From Octopus vulgaris (taxonomy: Eukaryota), in assembly GCA_951406725.2 (NCBI GenBank), contig OX597815.1:116436001-116500000 (forward strand): a stretch of DNA of 64,000 nt, read 5' to 3'. Both the position numbers and the translations under genes were made by a program. Under the pieces are notes generated by a model that did no database searches, had not been told where the DNA came from, and saw nothing but the letters and a program-made list of their open reading frames with translations. Numbering within the stretch: the first letter of the stretch is position 1; each line of letters begins with the position of its first letter. Of the stretch, positions 50,805 to 64,000 are shown one piece after another.

Positions 50805-51814
50805 TATATTCCCTGAAGCTACATCAGAGCCATTCATTTCTTTTTTGCTTCTTCCTATGTTCTTGTAATTCCTCTGTTACTAGATGCCAAGGAATCAAAT
50901 GCTTGCCATTCTTCTGCTTCTGTGAAGTCTTTACAGGTGATATTTATGGGAGATTGAGTATTTAATCTTGTCACTTAGTTCTCATTTCGTCCATTCTTTT
51001 CTGCTTTTTGAGATATTTCTTTACACAAATGAATAAATAAATAAAGACACAAAAACAACAGCAACATTGTCAACAATAGCAACAACATTATTAACAATAG
51101 CAACAACATTATCAATAAAAACAATAGCAACATTAATGATTTCTTACGTTCGCATTAGGCCATACATTTTTAGGGGTAGGGAGGGGTGAGGGCGAGAATG
51201 TTCGATTAAATTGACCTTAGGATATTACTGGTACTTTTCTTGTTGTCCCTTGAAAGATGAAAGACAAAGCTAACCTTGGCCTGATTTGGGACTCAGAATG
51301 TAAAGAGATATGATTAAGAAATTGCAAAAAAGTTTGTTTACCATTTTACTGGTTCTGCATTGCAGTACAGCAACAACAACAGCAACTACTCCTACTACTA
51401 CTACCACTGTCACAGCTGCCCCAGCCACCACCATGTTGGGGCATTGCCTTGTGTAGCCATGTTGAGGCATTGCCTTAATTGACTCCAGTGCTTATTTGCT
51501 GGTGAGGGTTTTATGTGGTCAGAGTGAAAATCCTACTACAACCTCTTTTAGCTGCGTTTTATAAGATGCAGAAGAAATGTTGGGGCTATTCTGCCAGCTC
51601 TAAGACTAATTATTCCTTTACATTTTCTCCTTTTATTGCTGTCCCTGATGGTTTCCCACTTTTCTCTAGTCTTCATTTCCTTGCTATATCACCATAAAAC
51701 AAATGGGATGGAATTATTATTTGGAGACTCTGGCTGTCTCCATGCTGGAGGACGAGAATTCTGATCTTCTTGGTTCCTTGTGGCAACCCCAAATTTTTGA
51801 TGACTCAAGATCCA

Positions 51815-52440
51815 AAAATACAAGGGTGATGTGAGAGAACGTTCTTGCCCGACTGAGTATGTGATTCATAATGGTTCTGATAAATGGCCATGTAGTTTGA
51901 CTTTGACCACCTGGTAAGTACTATTATATACTGAAGTGATCCAGCATTTGGAAATAGGAGTGAAACCAGGTGAATAAAGGACTGCTGCCAAATACCGATG
52001 ATTGATCTTATCAAATGCTTTGAAGTGATCCAAATGGATCATGGAAACCAGATTTATTATTCACAATGTATTCCATGAAGTGGAGGTTGTGAATAGATCT
52101 ACCAGAAATCATGCTCATATGTGCACTTCTGACCACACTATCAACAACAAGATCCAGCTTCTTTTCAAGCATCTTGGTCAAAATCTTGAAATCTGCATCA
52201 TTCAGTAGAATTTGTCAGTGACCCCTCCCCCTGTGTGTCCTTCCTTTTCTCAGAGAACAAAACTGGAAATGCTACCAGTTTATTGTCAGCTGTGATAGAT
52301 GTCTGCCAAGAAAGCTGGTGTAAAGATCATAGATAAGACCATCCAAATCAAGAGATTTTTCCCATCACACAATTACTTGTGGACTATACAGTGTTTTACA
52401 GCACTTTGCCTTTTCTGCTGGGAACTCCAGTGGATCATCA
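51815..52440 (-). mobile_element. Degenerate L1/Tx1-clade reverse transcriptase fragment
   Basis: Minus strand KSLDLDGL..; LLNDADFKILTKMLEKKL..GRSIHN..LDHFKAFDKINHRYL..GF..WITSVY..HGHLSEP..SVGQ..SPLY. Confidence 0.75.
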
Positions 52441-54510
52441 AATCATGTACTAAAGTTCACCATTTCCACTCCACCACTACCCTAAAAACAGGTGAGCAAA
52501 GGGCTCCTATAATACCATACACATCTATCTGGAATCAACTAGCACACATTCACCATGGTCTATCAAAGACCTAATTGTGGATTTGCTACCATGTCACATC
52601 TCAGTTACCCAGCCCCATTGAATGGCTCTTGTGTCCTTGTCTCTAACAGAATGTTTTTCTGTTTTGACAATGCAACCTATGGGTTTCATGTTGAAGAAAT
52701 TGTTGAATACATTTTTTTGTTACAAATACACTGGTTGTGATGTATTTTCTAACTGCCTCTTCTAGTCATAATCTATTGTATTTTAATGCTTCCTCTTTGT
52801 GCACCTTACCAACTCTGCTTTATTGGCTCTCTTCAGAGAGAAACCTATGACTAATTGTTGAATACTCATTACTTCCCACTTAATTAGCTTACTAATCAAT
52901 TCATTAAAATTTTTCCTGGTTAAGTAATATGTGCAGCTTATTAGTAATCAGATAATCTTCGGAGGGTTGGTCATGTAGATCATAAAATTGGATTCTATAT
53001 AGCAAATCAGCTGAAACAGTGGCCACTCTATGCTATCATTATTTGTTGATCTAATAATTAATATTATCTAGATATGATCTGAATGACCTAATGTCCCTAT
53101 CCTCATTAGTACATTCTGGAAATCCAGTCAGTACCTGTTAGTTGAAACTGCCTGAGCAGGTTTGTGAGGTTTCTACAACACCATCTATCAGATACCTATC
53201 AATCTGTTCTTGTGCACATCTAAGAGGACACATTTGTCTCCCATTAGCACTAACTAGCAGAGCATTTTCATAACTTGTTCCAGCCAGGGGATAAATGATT
53301 GCTAGTTTGAAAGTATTGCGTTGCTGCTATTTACTCTGAGTACTGGAATATCATCCGTACCTTTAGGTCCCACCCTTTCTCAATCAGCACTGCTTTTCCT
53401 TTGACCTGGTTGACTGAAGGACGATGCAGACTTTTTAAAGTAATCAAAAAGAAATGTGTATTTGCAGTCATGCACGTTTTTTTTTTCCTGCTGGTTTCAT
53501 TGATAGCCACCACTTATTTATCTTGTGACCTAAGGTCATTAAGCAAGTGACCTTTCTTGCAGGTTGACCCCCCCCCCCCGATCACAAGCATTCATAAAGA
53601 CAACTATGCATTTGTAGAATTATGCCAAGGTTAAAAGAGGGGTAATCCAATCTTTTGTGATGGCACATGGCCAAGTAATTAGGGTGTTGCACTTATGATC
53701 TTGTGATCATGGTTTCAATTCCCAGATCAGGAGGTGCATTGTGTACTTGATCATATTGCTGCAACTATTTGAGTAACTCTGCAACGGATTGGCATCCTGC
53801 TCAGGAACTAATGTTGCAATCAGCCAATCATACAGCATGGAAATTAGGTAATAATCCCTCTGACTCCTAGGACTCAAGACAGTAATGTCCAGGGGTTGAA
53901 TATGATGATGATGATGATAATAATGATGGCGGTAGTCTTTCTGATAGGGAGGTGAGGGTCCTTAAAAAAAATTGCTTAGGTTCTAATCCTATGGTGGATT
54001 CCAACATCATGTGGGAATCTTTTACTTAAACTTCTGAAAACTTCTGATGAAAACATCACCAGAAGTTTATCTGTTGCTTCTGACAATAACAACAACAATT
54101 GTTGAGTGTGCATGTTTTTCCCGAGAGGACTTGTCAACTATTTTTGCAGGCTTAACACTTGATTGATTATAGTTAATAGTTCACATATTGGTACAATTAT
54201 CTAGCTAGCACCTCCTTATATATGCAGCGTTAACAAATTACTATTGCATGCACCCATACAAAAGCAGTGCTCTTTTATTTGTCTTAAAGAGGCTATGTAC
54301 TATTAAGAGATGTGTTGGTACTTATTCCTTTGAACATAGATCACTGCCTGCTGTAGCAAGAAGGAAACTAACAGCTGGCAGCAGCAGCAAGAACAAAACT
54401 AATCATTAAAATATACAGCAGCAAATTCTGAATGGATGTTTGTATTCTTTAACAACAGATGGACTTCTATAATATATTCATAATATACAAAAGCATGTAG
54501 CACACTTAAT

Positions 54511-54591
54511 ACACACACACACACATACATACATACATACATACATACATACATACATACATACATACATACATACATACATGCATGCACA

Positions 54592-54622
<31 letters not shown>
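54511..54622. repeat. (CA)n(CATA)n microsatellite
   Basis: Direct reading. Confidence 0.95.
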
Positions 54623-54623
<1 letters not shown>

Positions 54624-55244
54624 AAGGTTTCCCGAAAAGCCCAGAACTGTATCTATACTGCAACTTTTGATATTTTGGGGATAAAAAGAAAACTTTTCTC
54701 TGCTCGTAATTAATTTAGACAGATTAATGTTGGTAGTAGTTTTAGAGTAAATATTGAAGTTAAAGCACTGAAGATTGCTTGTGGCAGAACAATTTATTTA
54801 TGATGTTTAGAAATGGCAATAATTCCTCTTCATGCTTACCATTATTTTCACTTCACACTTTGCTTGCATTCTTATTATTATACGCTTTTAGATCTCCCCA
54901 TGAGATTAGGCTTTCAGATGCCATAAAATTAAAAACTTTGTCATGAATGGAAAGAGGCTATTTTTCTAAGTTTTTAGTTATTCTCATCATACCAGCAATC
55001 TCTCTTGCTCTGCTGCACTGGGAAAACCCTTATAGAATTGAGTTGCTTCTTGCAAGATGTTCTATAAACATGACTAATGATAACTAATCATAGAACTTTA
55101 TTAATCCTTTCAAATATATTTGAAAGTTTGTGTTAACTTCAATCCTTACTTATTTTGAAAATATGCAGACTTTAATCATAAAATGTATAATTCTGCAATT
55201 AATCCTCATTCTCTAAAATGACTGGCCTTGTACCAAAATTTGAA

Positions 55245-55320
55245 ACCACCACCACCACCACCACCACTACTACTACTGCTGCGGCTGATGCTGCGGCTGA
55301 TACTGCGGCTGATGCTGCGG

Positions 55321-55381
<61 letters not shown>

Positions 55382-55382
55382 A
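55245..55382. repeat. Compound (ACC)n(ACT)n(GCGGCTGAT..)n(ACT)n microsatellite
   Basis: Direct reading. Confidence 0.95.
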
Positions 55383-55384
55383 AG

Positions 55385-55700
55385 AAGCACATGGCTTAGT
55401 GGTTAGGGTATTCTGCTCCTAATTGTAAGGTCATGAGGTTGATTCCCAGTGGCACATTGCATTCTTGAGCAAGACCCTTTATTTCACATTGCCCCAATTC
55501 ACTCAGCTGGTAAAAATGAGTTCTACCTGTTGTGCAAAGCATCGAACTGATTACACTCTGTATCGTGCTGAAACTCCCTGATAACAATGTTAAAGGTACA
55601 AGTGTCTGGGGAGTGCTCAGCCACTTGCATGATAATTTCACAAGCAGGCTGTTCCAGTGATCCAACCAACTGGAACACTTGTAACTGATGGGGAGCCAGA
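55385..55700 (+). mobile_element. tRNA-headed CORE-like SINE family C (relatives 50070-50230 -, 53663-53800 +)
   Basis: CACATGGCTTAGTGGTTAGGGT A box, GGTTGATTCC B box, CTTGAGCAAGAC..TTTATTTCACATTG core. Confidence 0.7.
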
Positions 55701-57671
55701 CCTATTTGAAATTATTTAGATACTATTATCAGGTCTGCAAGGGTTGCACAGATGATAACACACTGAGCAGTAATTAATTTCATTGATTAATGAAATTCTG
55801 CCCATTGGCTTTGGCATTGCATTTTAACCTACCATTGGTCTATCGGAAATATTTACCATATTTCATTAAACAGAATTCAGCTGCTTGAAAACATCGTGTG
55901 TGTGTGTGTGTGTTTGTGCGTATGTGTACAAATTATATTATGCAATAGAAATTAATTACTAGGTGAAGAAGTCACCACTGGCTGGGGTACACCGAAATGC
56001 AGTGGACAGAGGACTTTTCACTTAGTTTTTAGGATATACATTGGCAAGTTTATACATTGGAGTTTAATATTGGTTCCAATCACAGATATAAGTCTCCTTT
56101 CCTCCAGTTATTACTACTGTGTATAAAATAGACAGAGATTTGTAAATCAATGTCAGTTCCAATAAATATCATCCACTTGTTGCACAGAAGGGATTGTTAA
56201 TATATGAAATAAAGATTTTATGCATAAACTTAGGAAATGAATTGCTGGGAAGTTTATACCTTTTCTTAAGAGATTTTGAGAAGTAAGTAAAACTTTTCTT
56301 ACTGAGAAATGAAATATGAAACAATCACAGACACAACTTGCTATATATTTTCACCGCTTTCAATTCACAATAAATAACTTGAAAGAAGTAACTAAAAAAA
56401 ATAATTCGAAAGAAGTGTAATGATGAAGGGTCTCACAGGTTTTGTACTGGGACATTGTCTTTCATTACAAGAATTACTGCTTTTAGATGAAAATGTAAAA
56501 TATAACTTACCATGCTCCTGAGGAGGTGATGTTCACAATCAGGTTAATATGAAAAAATTTCCAGAGAAAGTCTAAGATTGCTAATACTAATTCTCATTAA
56601 GACTACTTTCAATCAAGTTAAAGAAGAGAAAAATTTCTCAAAAATTCAATATCAGTGGGTTAGGTAAATTTAATCCAATACTGTGGTAATCCAACATTAA
56701 TCTGTATGAGTACATTTCATATTGGTGTTTATTGCTCCTAAACAAACTACAAACTGGATCTAATCTTGCAGTATTCTAGAATACCAATGCAAACAAACAT
56801 ATATGTAATCTGAGTTATTGGTACTGTTATGTGTATATTTGTAGCTAAATACTTATTATTTCTAACGAGTTGCTAGTTAATCATGCATGAACATAAAAAT
56901 ATTTTGGTGTCGATGTTTTACTATTTCTGTTGATACTACCAGCATTTTTACTTCTGATTGCTTCTTGATATACCACACTATGACTCACATCCCATAGCAC
57001 TGATATGATATTCTTGGCTTTTGACATACTTTTCGCCGGTTACTAGTGCATATCATAGCTTATTAGAGTTTTTGTTGCTAATAAGATCTTCAAAAGCATT
57101 CCCACAATAAGCAATAAAAAGGGGTTGTCTTTCGCAAAGCTTGGTCAATGATTTCGGTAATTTACTAAAGTAAATCATTAATTCCTCTAAAGTATATTAT
57201 TTCAGAAATATGTCGAAGTAGCTGAATTGTATAAAACAAGCAAAGTACTCCAGACATTTCTGTCAGTCATAATATTCATCGCATCATAAAAATCTCATTA
57301 CATCTATATTCTACATTGTGATTCTTCTCCATTGACTGGCATCAATTCCTTGTCAGATATTCTTGCAAACTCTGTATCTGGGGTTCCATTGTAAGATTTG
57401 GTGTTCAAGTTTTGTTGGTAGAAGTTTTGCTGCCAGGCCTAACAAGAAGAAATGAAATTTTTACATTGCTAAAGGTTCTAATTTTGATTGGTTTATATCT
57501 TCATTTCATTGGAAATAACTATGTGACACATCAAACTTTTTCAAAGACATCTATAATAAAGTATATAACTTCTTTCTTTTGGGGTGCATTTTTTTACCCA
57601 GTCTTTCAATCCCTACTAAATATTGAAGAGTAATTTTTTTAAAAGTAATGTATCTTTATCATGACTAGCCA

Positions 57672-57834
57672 CAGGCATGGCTGTGTGTCTAAGAAGCTTA
57701 CTTTGCAACTACGTGGGTTTGGGTTCAGTCCCACTGCAAGGTACTTGGGAAAGTATTGTCTACTATATCCCTAGGCTAACAAATGCCTTGTGAATGAAAT
57801 TAGTTGATGGAAACTGTGAGGAAGCCGGATGTAA

Positions 57835-57871
<37 letters not shown>

Positions 57872-58097
57872 TACACGTATGTGTGTATGAGTGTGACTCT
57901 TTGTGCTTGTCCCCCATCATCATTTGACAAATGGTGTTGGTTTGTTTACATCCCCATAACTTTGCAGGTCTACAAAAGACACCAATAGGATAAGTACCAA
58001 ACTGAGAATTATGCACTGGGGGTCAATCTGTTCGACTAAAACCTTCAAGGTAGTGCTCCAGCATGGCTGCAGTTCAGTGACTGAAGGAAGTAAAAGA
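57672..58097 (+). mobile_element. SINE family A, diverged, with internal (CA)n
   Basis: Head GGCATGGCTGTGTG..GGGTTCAGTCCCACTG and tail GTGCTCCAGCATGGCTGCAG..GACTGAA. Confidence 0.85.
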
Positions 58098-58367
58098 TAC
58101 AAGATAATCTCATTTTTAATCCCTTTCCCCACCAGTTTTCTAGATTTTTGCATAATTGATGAAATCTTGCACACTTAATGGTCATCCCTTAGATCTACAT
58201 CTCCAGAGAGGTTCCCTGTTTGGTTAATGAGGCTCCCTAGATTAATAAAAGTCCCTATCAACACTAACTTCTTTTCAGCTAATGATATCAGATAACAGGC
58301 AAAAGAATTGATGGCAATTGAATGGAACCTGAAGTTTTAGAGGCTCTGAACATACACAAGAAACTAA

Positions 58368-58446
58368 TCATCATCATCATTGTTGTCATCGTCATCGTCG
58401 TCGTTGTCGTCGTCGTCGTCGTCGTCCTCCTCCTCCTCCTCCTCCT

Positions 58447-58496
<50 letters not shown>

Positions 58497-58501
58497 CCAC
58501 C

Positions 58502-58545
<44 letters not shown>
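58368..58545. repeat. Compound trinucleotide microsatellite (ATC/GTC/CTC/ATC/AGC/ACC/ATC)
   Basis: Direct reading. Confidence 0.95.
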
Positions 58546-58546
<1 letters not shown>

Positions 58547-59309
58547 TAACATCTGTTGTCCATGTTGGCATGGGTTGGATGGTTTAACCAGGGCTGGCAG
58601 GCTAGAAGGCTGTACCAGACTCTAGTTTGATTTGGCAGGGTTTCTACAGCTGGATGCCCTTCCTAACGCAAACCACTCCAAGAGTGTAATGGGTGCTTTT
58701 ACGTGCTACCGGCATGGGTGCCATCTGCATGACACCAGTATCTGCCACGACTACAAGTTCACTTGGCTTGATGGGTCTTCTACTCAAGCATGGCATAATG
58801 CCAAAGGTCTTGGTCATTTGACATTGCCTCTGTGAGGCCCAACACTTGAAAGGTGTAACACTATACAAGTAAAGTTCCACAAGAAAATTTCATGGCTCTA
58901 TCAACCAAAGTCATCATTTTTTTTTTTGTTTATATTTGCTTTTCCATGCTGGTATGGGGTGGTCAAGTCAGTTTCAGTGTAGCATCCTCCACTTGTTGCA
59001 TATATTGTGTTTTGCAGGGGTAAGCAATGACCACTGTAAAAGTTTCCGAAAGAACTATCATTGGCTGGTTCAATATTCTTAGCTTATTCATAAAAGAACT
59101 TAAACAGGGGAAATGGGATCCCCACTAAAGGGTAGAAGAGAAGAAAAATCTAATCAGAGGAGGAAAACCAAAGAGAGGTACTGCAGTATAACTAAGGTGT
59201 GAAAACACTGAACAAAAAATGTCCCATTTTGCAGGAAAAAATTTTTTCTTTATTTTATACAAAGAACTATAACTATGCACCATATATAATAAGCTCATTA
59301 TTATTATAT

Positions 59310-59644
59310 GCTAGAATAAGAATAGCCTGGGCAAAGTTCAGAGAGCTCTTACCTCTGCTGGTGACAAAGGGCCTCTTGCTCAGAGTAAAAGGTAGACTGT
59401 ATAACGCATGTGTACGAACAGCCATGCTACATGGCAGTGAAACATGGGCTGTGACTGCTGAGGACATGTGTAAGCTTGCAAGGAATGAAGCCAGTATGCT
59501 CCAATGGATGTATAATATCAGTGTGCATACTCGACAGAGTGTAAGTACCTTGAGAGAAAAGTTGGATCTAAGAAGCATCAGATGTAGTGTGCAAGAGAGA
59601 CAACTGCACTGGTATGGTCATGTGGCGAGAATGGATGAGGATAG
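59310..59644 (+). mobile_element. RTE-clade LINE ORF fragment
   Basis: ARIRIAWAKFRELLPLL...KGRLYNACVRTAMLHGSETW...LHWYGHVARM, RTE post-RT motifs. Confidence 0.9.
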
Positions 59645-59702
59645 CTGATGTAATTGATTTACTCCTGCCCCTGAAATTGCTGGCCTTGTGCCAAAATTTG
59701 AA

Positions 59703-59737
59703 ATCATCATCATTATCATCATTATTATTATAGCTGC

Positions 59738-59792
<55 letters not shown>

Positions 59793-59865
59793 GTTATTAT
59801 TATTATTATTGTTATTGCTGCTACTGGCATTGTACCTAAAATTAGAAACAATTATTATTATTAGT
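59703..59865. repeat. (ATC)n/(ATT)n microsatellite on a SINE B tail
   Basis: Direct reading. Confidence 0.9.
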
Positions 59866-59869
59866 AAGC

Positions 59870-61012
59870 TGCAAGAATCATTAGCATACTAAGAAAAATG
59901 TTTAGCAGCATTTCTGCTGACTCTACATTCTGAGTTCAAATACTGTTGAGGTCAACTTTGCCTTTCATCCTTTATGGATTGATAAAATAAGCACCATTCA
60001 AGCACTGAGATTGATGTAATTGACTACCCACTCAAAATTGCTGGGCTTGTGCCAAAACTGAAAAGAATTATTATTATTTTTGTCATTATTATTATTAATG
60101 TTAGTATACAAAGAATCTTGGATCTGAATGGTGTTTATAAGAGGAGAAATATCAGAGTATATCATGTTTTCTTCTGTTATTCTTAAACACATGAATAACT
60201 TTTGATGAATCAAACTGAAACCAATGAAAAATCAAAGACAGGATCCTGAGAAAAAATAACCGAAAAACTTGTGGTAAAGTTTCATATACACAACAGCAAA
60301 TAAGATTTTAAAAAAAATCAGTGTAATTATTAAATGTCATGTATGTAACATTTGTAGGTGTATGTGTATTTGTAGGTGGCAGAATTGTTAGTGCACGGGA
60401 CAAAATGCTTAACCCTTTTGATACCAACCCAGCTGAAACCGCCTTTGGCTCTGTAGTACAAATATTTCGTTTTCATAAGTTCTGAATTAAAAATCTTCCA
60501 CCAAACCTTAGTCATAAAAATATGTTCCTAACATTAGCTTAATGATAACTAACTTATTTTACTAAATTCTTTGTTGTATTTAAAATTAATTGAAAGAAAC
60601 ACAGAGCATCTCCAATGAAATATGGTAACAAAAGGGTTAACAACATTTCTGTTTCTTTATATTCTGAGTTCATAAGGCAGCGAGTTGGCAGAAATGTTAG
60701 CATGCTGGGCTAAATGCTTAGCGGTATTTCGTCTGTCTTTATGTTCTGAGTTTAAATTCTGCCAAGGTTGACTTTGCCTTTCATCCTTTCAAGGTTGATA
60801 AATTAAGTACCAGTCAATCTAATTGACTGGCCCCCTCATCCAAAATTTCAGGCCTTGTGCCTAGAGTAGAAAAGTATATTCTGAGTTCATATCTTGCTGA
60901 AGTCATCTTTGCCTTTCATCCTTTAAGGGTCAATAAAATAAAGTGTCAGTCAAATACTGGGGTCAATTTAATCAACTTTTCCCACTCCATTCAAAATTGC
61001 TGGCCCTGTGCC
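59870..61012 (+). mobile_element. SINE family B cluster (59870-60065; host 60376-61012; nested copy 60675-60874)
   Basis: Same consensus as 40808; the nested copy is flanked by a perfect 17-bp TSD. Confidence 0.85.
60413..60636. mobile_element. piggyBac-like MITE inserted in a SINE (partial relatives near 15226-15362 and 2660-2790)
   Basis: TTAA TSD; TIR CCCTTTTGATACCA / TGGTAACAAAAGGG. Confidence 0.85.
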
Positions 61013-61630
61013 TTGCAACAGGCTGGTGTTCTGTTCAGGGAGCATGTTGTGATATTAGTTACTTATGCACTATGGAAATGGGGTAACTATCCTTATGAAT
61101 CCTAAATCTTGAAGAAAAAAAAATTGACAAAACATTTCCCTTTAATGGTAATAACGATGTTATAATAAGAGATGTCTGTAAGTTACGCCTCATCAAAAGC
61201 AAGAATGATGAGACTTTAACAATTGTATTTTTTTTATTACATCTCATTTCACACATTAGGTTTTTAAATGTTTCAATGGTGAAGCTAGCACATTAAATGG
61301 TTGAAATAAGGAGGTTTCATAAAAGTAAACATTATAAAAATATATTTTGAATTACAAGCTGCACTGAACTGGTAGGTAAATGAACCCTGGTAAAGTATTT
61401 ATTCCTAAAATCTTGCTCTAAAACATTAATTACTTGTAAGAAATAAGTACTATAAAATATCATGGATTTTGTAATTGAAGTGGTGGGGTGGTGGCTTTTT
61501 GCAGCTTGCCCCAGGCACAGTTTACCCTAGCTATGCCACTGTCTGTAACACATTTGTTTCACTTCATGATAGACAATAAATTTTTCTGAATTTTTAGGAA
61601 GTAATTTATCTAGTCATTGATGCTCTAATT

Positions 61631-61882
61631 CAGTGGTTTCCAATAATTTTTTGCCTGTTGATCCCTTTGATTCCTATTTTACTCAGGTGGTCCCACATAG
61701 CCATTTGATGTTCATAAAAATCTTAATACAATTTTTATAATTAAATATTATTATGAATTGAATAAAACATTTTAATATTTCGTGTAATATAGAAGTATAA
61801 CCAATTTATTGCAGATAAATTTTAGCAACAAAATCTTATATGGACCCCCAAGAGTCATATGGACCCTGCTTGAGAACCAGTG
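61631..61882. mobile_element. hAT (Charlie-like) MITE
   Basis: TIR CAGTGGTTTCCAA / TTGAGAACCAGTG; imperfect 8-bp TSD CTCTAATT / CTTTGATT. Confidence 0.7.
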
Positions 61883-61921
61883 CTTTGATTAACGAATGGC
61901 AAATAAATTTTACAATGACTT

Positions 61922-62945
<1,024 letters not shown>

Positions 62946-62974
62946 AATCATTCTTAATATGTTCTGGTAGATTT

Positions 62975-63186
62975 AGGCGGCAAACTTGCAAAATTGTTAC
63001 ATCGGACAAAATGCATAGCAGCATTTTTTCCAACTTTACATTCTGAGTTCAAGTACCGCAAAGGTTGATTTTACCTTTCATCCTTTTGGTGTGAGTAAAA
63101 TAAGCAGCAATTGAGCCCTGAGGGTGATGTAATCAACTTACCCCCTCTCAAGAAATCACTGGCTTTGTGCCAAAATTTGCAACCAG
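62975..63186 (+). mobile_element. SINE family B copy
   Basis: TTCTGAGTTCAA..CCTTTCATCCTTTTGG..GTGCCAAAATTTG. Confidence 0.75.
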
Positions 63187-63245
63187 TAAGTTCTGGCAGA
63201 TTTTAGTGTACTCTTCTATATTTTTGAGATGAGGAATTATGTTCG

Positions 63246-63443
63246 TTATTTACAATGGATAGATAGGTGCCCTCACCCTGTTTGTTGTTACCACAATGTT
63301 TTGGCTGATGTACTCTCCAGCCTTCATCAGGGTTGGGTTCGAAATTCCACCAGAATACCTGATGAAGGCTGGAAAGTACATCAGCCAAAATGTTGTGGTA
63401 ACAACAAAGAAGGTGAGGACACCTATCTGTCCATTGTAAATAA
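63246..63443. repeat. 86-bp-arm inverted repeat (26-nt loop) with a decayed hammerhead motif in each arm
   Basis: 63246-63331 is the near-perfect reverse complement of 63358-63443. The arm contains CTGATGA-A-GGCTG...CAGCC-AAAA. Confidence 0.85.
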
Positions 63444-64000
63444 TGTAGATTTTAATGTAAATATACTAACTGCTGTTGCGTTTTATCACAGGTAAACAAC
63501 TTTTCCTTTATGATGACTATGAGTTCATAACGTTCCATTTATTAAAACAAATTTTAGGAAGGTGAATTTTAATTAGAAAAGAAATTATTTATCTTATTAA
63601 AATAAAGAACTTTCAGGGTTTGCCTTAGACTTGAAAACGTAAATGTTGTACAAAGCCTTTTTCATTAATATATCCTGAGATACATAAGATGTAACAGTTA
63701 GTATTCCTTTTCATACCTCAAGACAATTTCCTGAATATGGATTTAGAGGAAGAATAGAAACTTTATAAGAAATGACATCCAATTTCAAATATTGAAGTAA
63801 AGAATCTCATGATACCTAATATCAAACAGCAGATAGATCGAATAGCATGATTTATGGATAGAAATGGTTATAGGATTCAGAAAGCATAGAGACTTTCATC
63901 AAAACACTAAGATCGCGAGTCATAAAATTGTAACCACTTGGGTGTTCTTGATTTGGAGAATGTAAATTTTGTGTCATGACATGAATTAATAAAGTTTTGT

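Overview
AT-rich, repeat-dense eukaryotic genomic DNA, most likely an octopus (coleoid cephalopod), judged from the SINE/RTE repeat complement and the mollusc-type 5S sequence; this assignment is an inference. The one clear protein-coding gene is on the + strand: a BTB-BACK-6xKelch protein matching IVNS1ABP/NS1-BP. By hand I find 11 coding exons (19755-38278) with GT-AG boundaries and consistent phases, giving 701 aa from ATG 19769. A probable first exon ending at 7406 adds 15 residues in frame (716 aa). A CpG-retaining promoter and first-intron region spans about 5.5-13.8 kb. The rest is SINEs of at least three families, truncated CR1, RTE and Tx1 LINE fragments, piggyBac-, Kolobok- and hAT-like MITEs, microsatellites, a 5S rRNA pseudogene and a tRNA-Asp-like relic. 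Best leads: a His codon at the otherwise invariant Kelch Arg that A-to-I editing would restore; a type I hammerhead ribozyme candidate at 47.3 kb and a decayed double-hammerhead palindrome at 63.3 kb; an AG|GTAAGT recursive-splice or 4-nt microexon site; a 5S-SINE juxtaposition; and a structured 159-bp intronic duplication. I see no convincing multi-gene novel system, and most listed ORFs are spurious.
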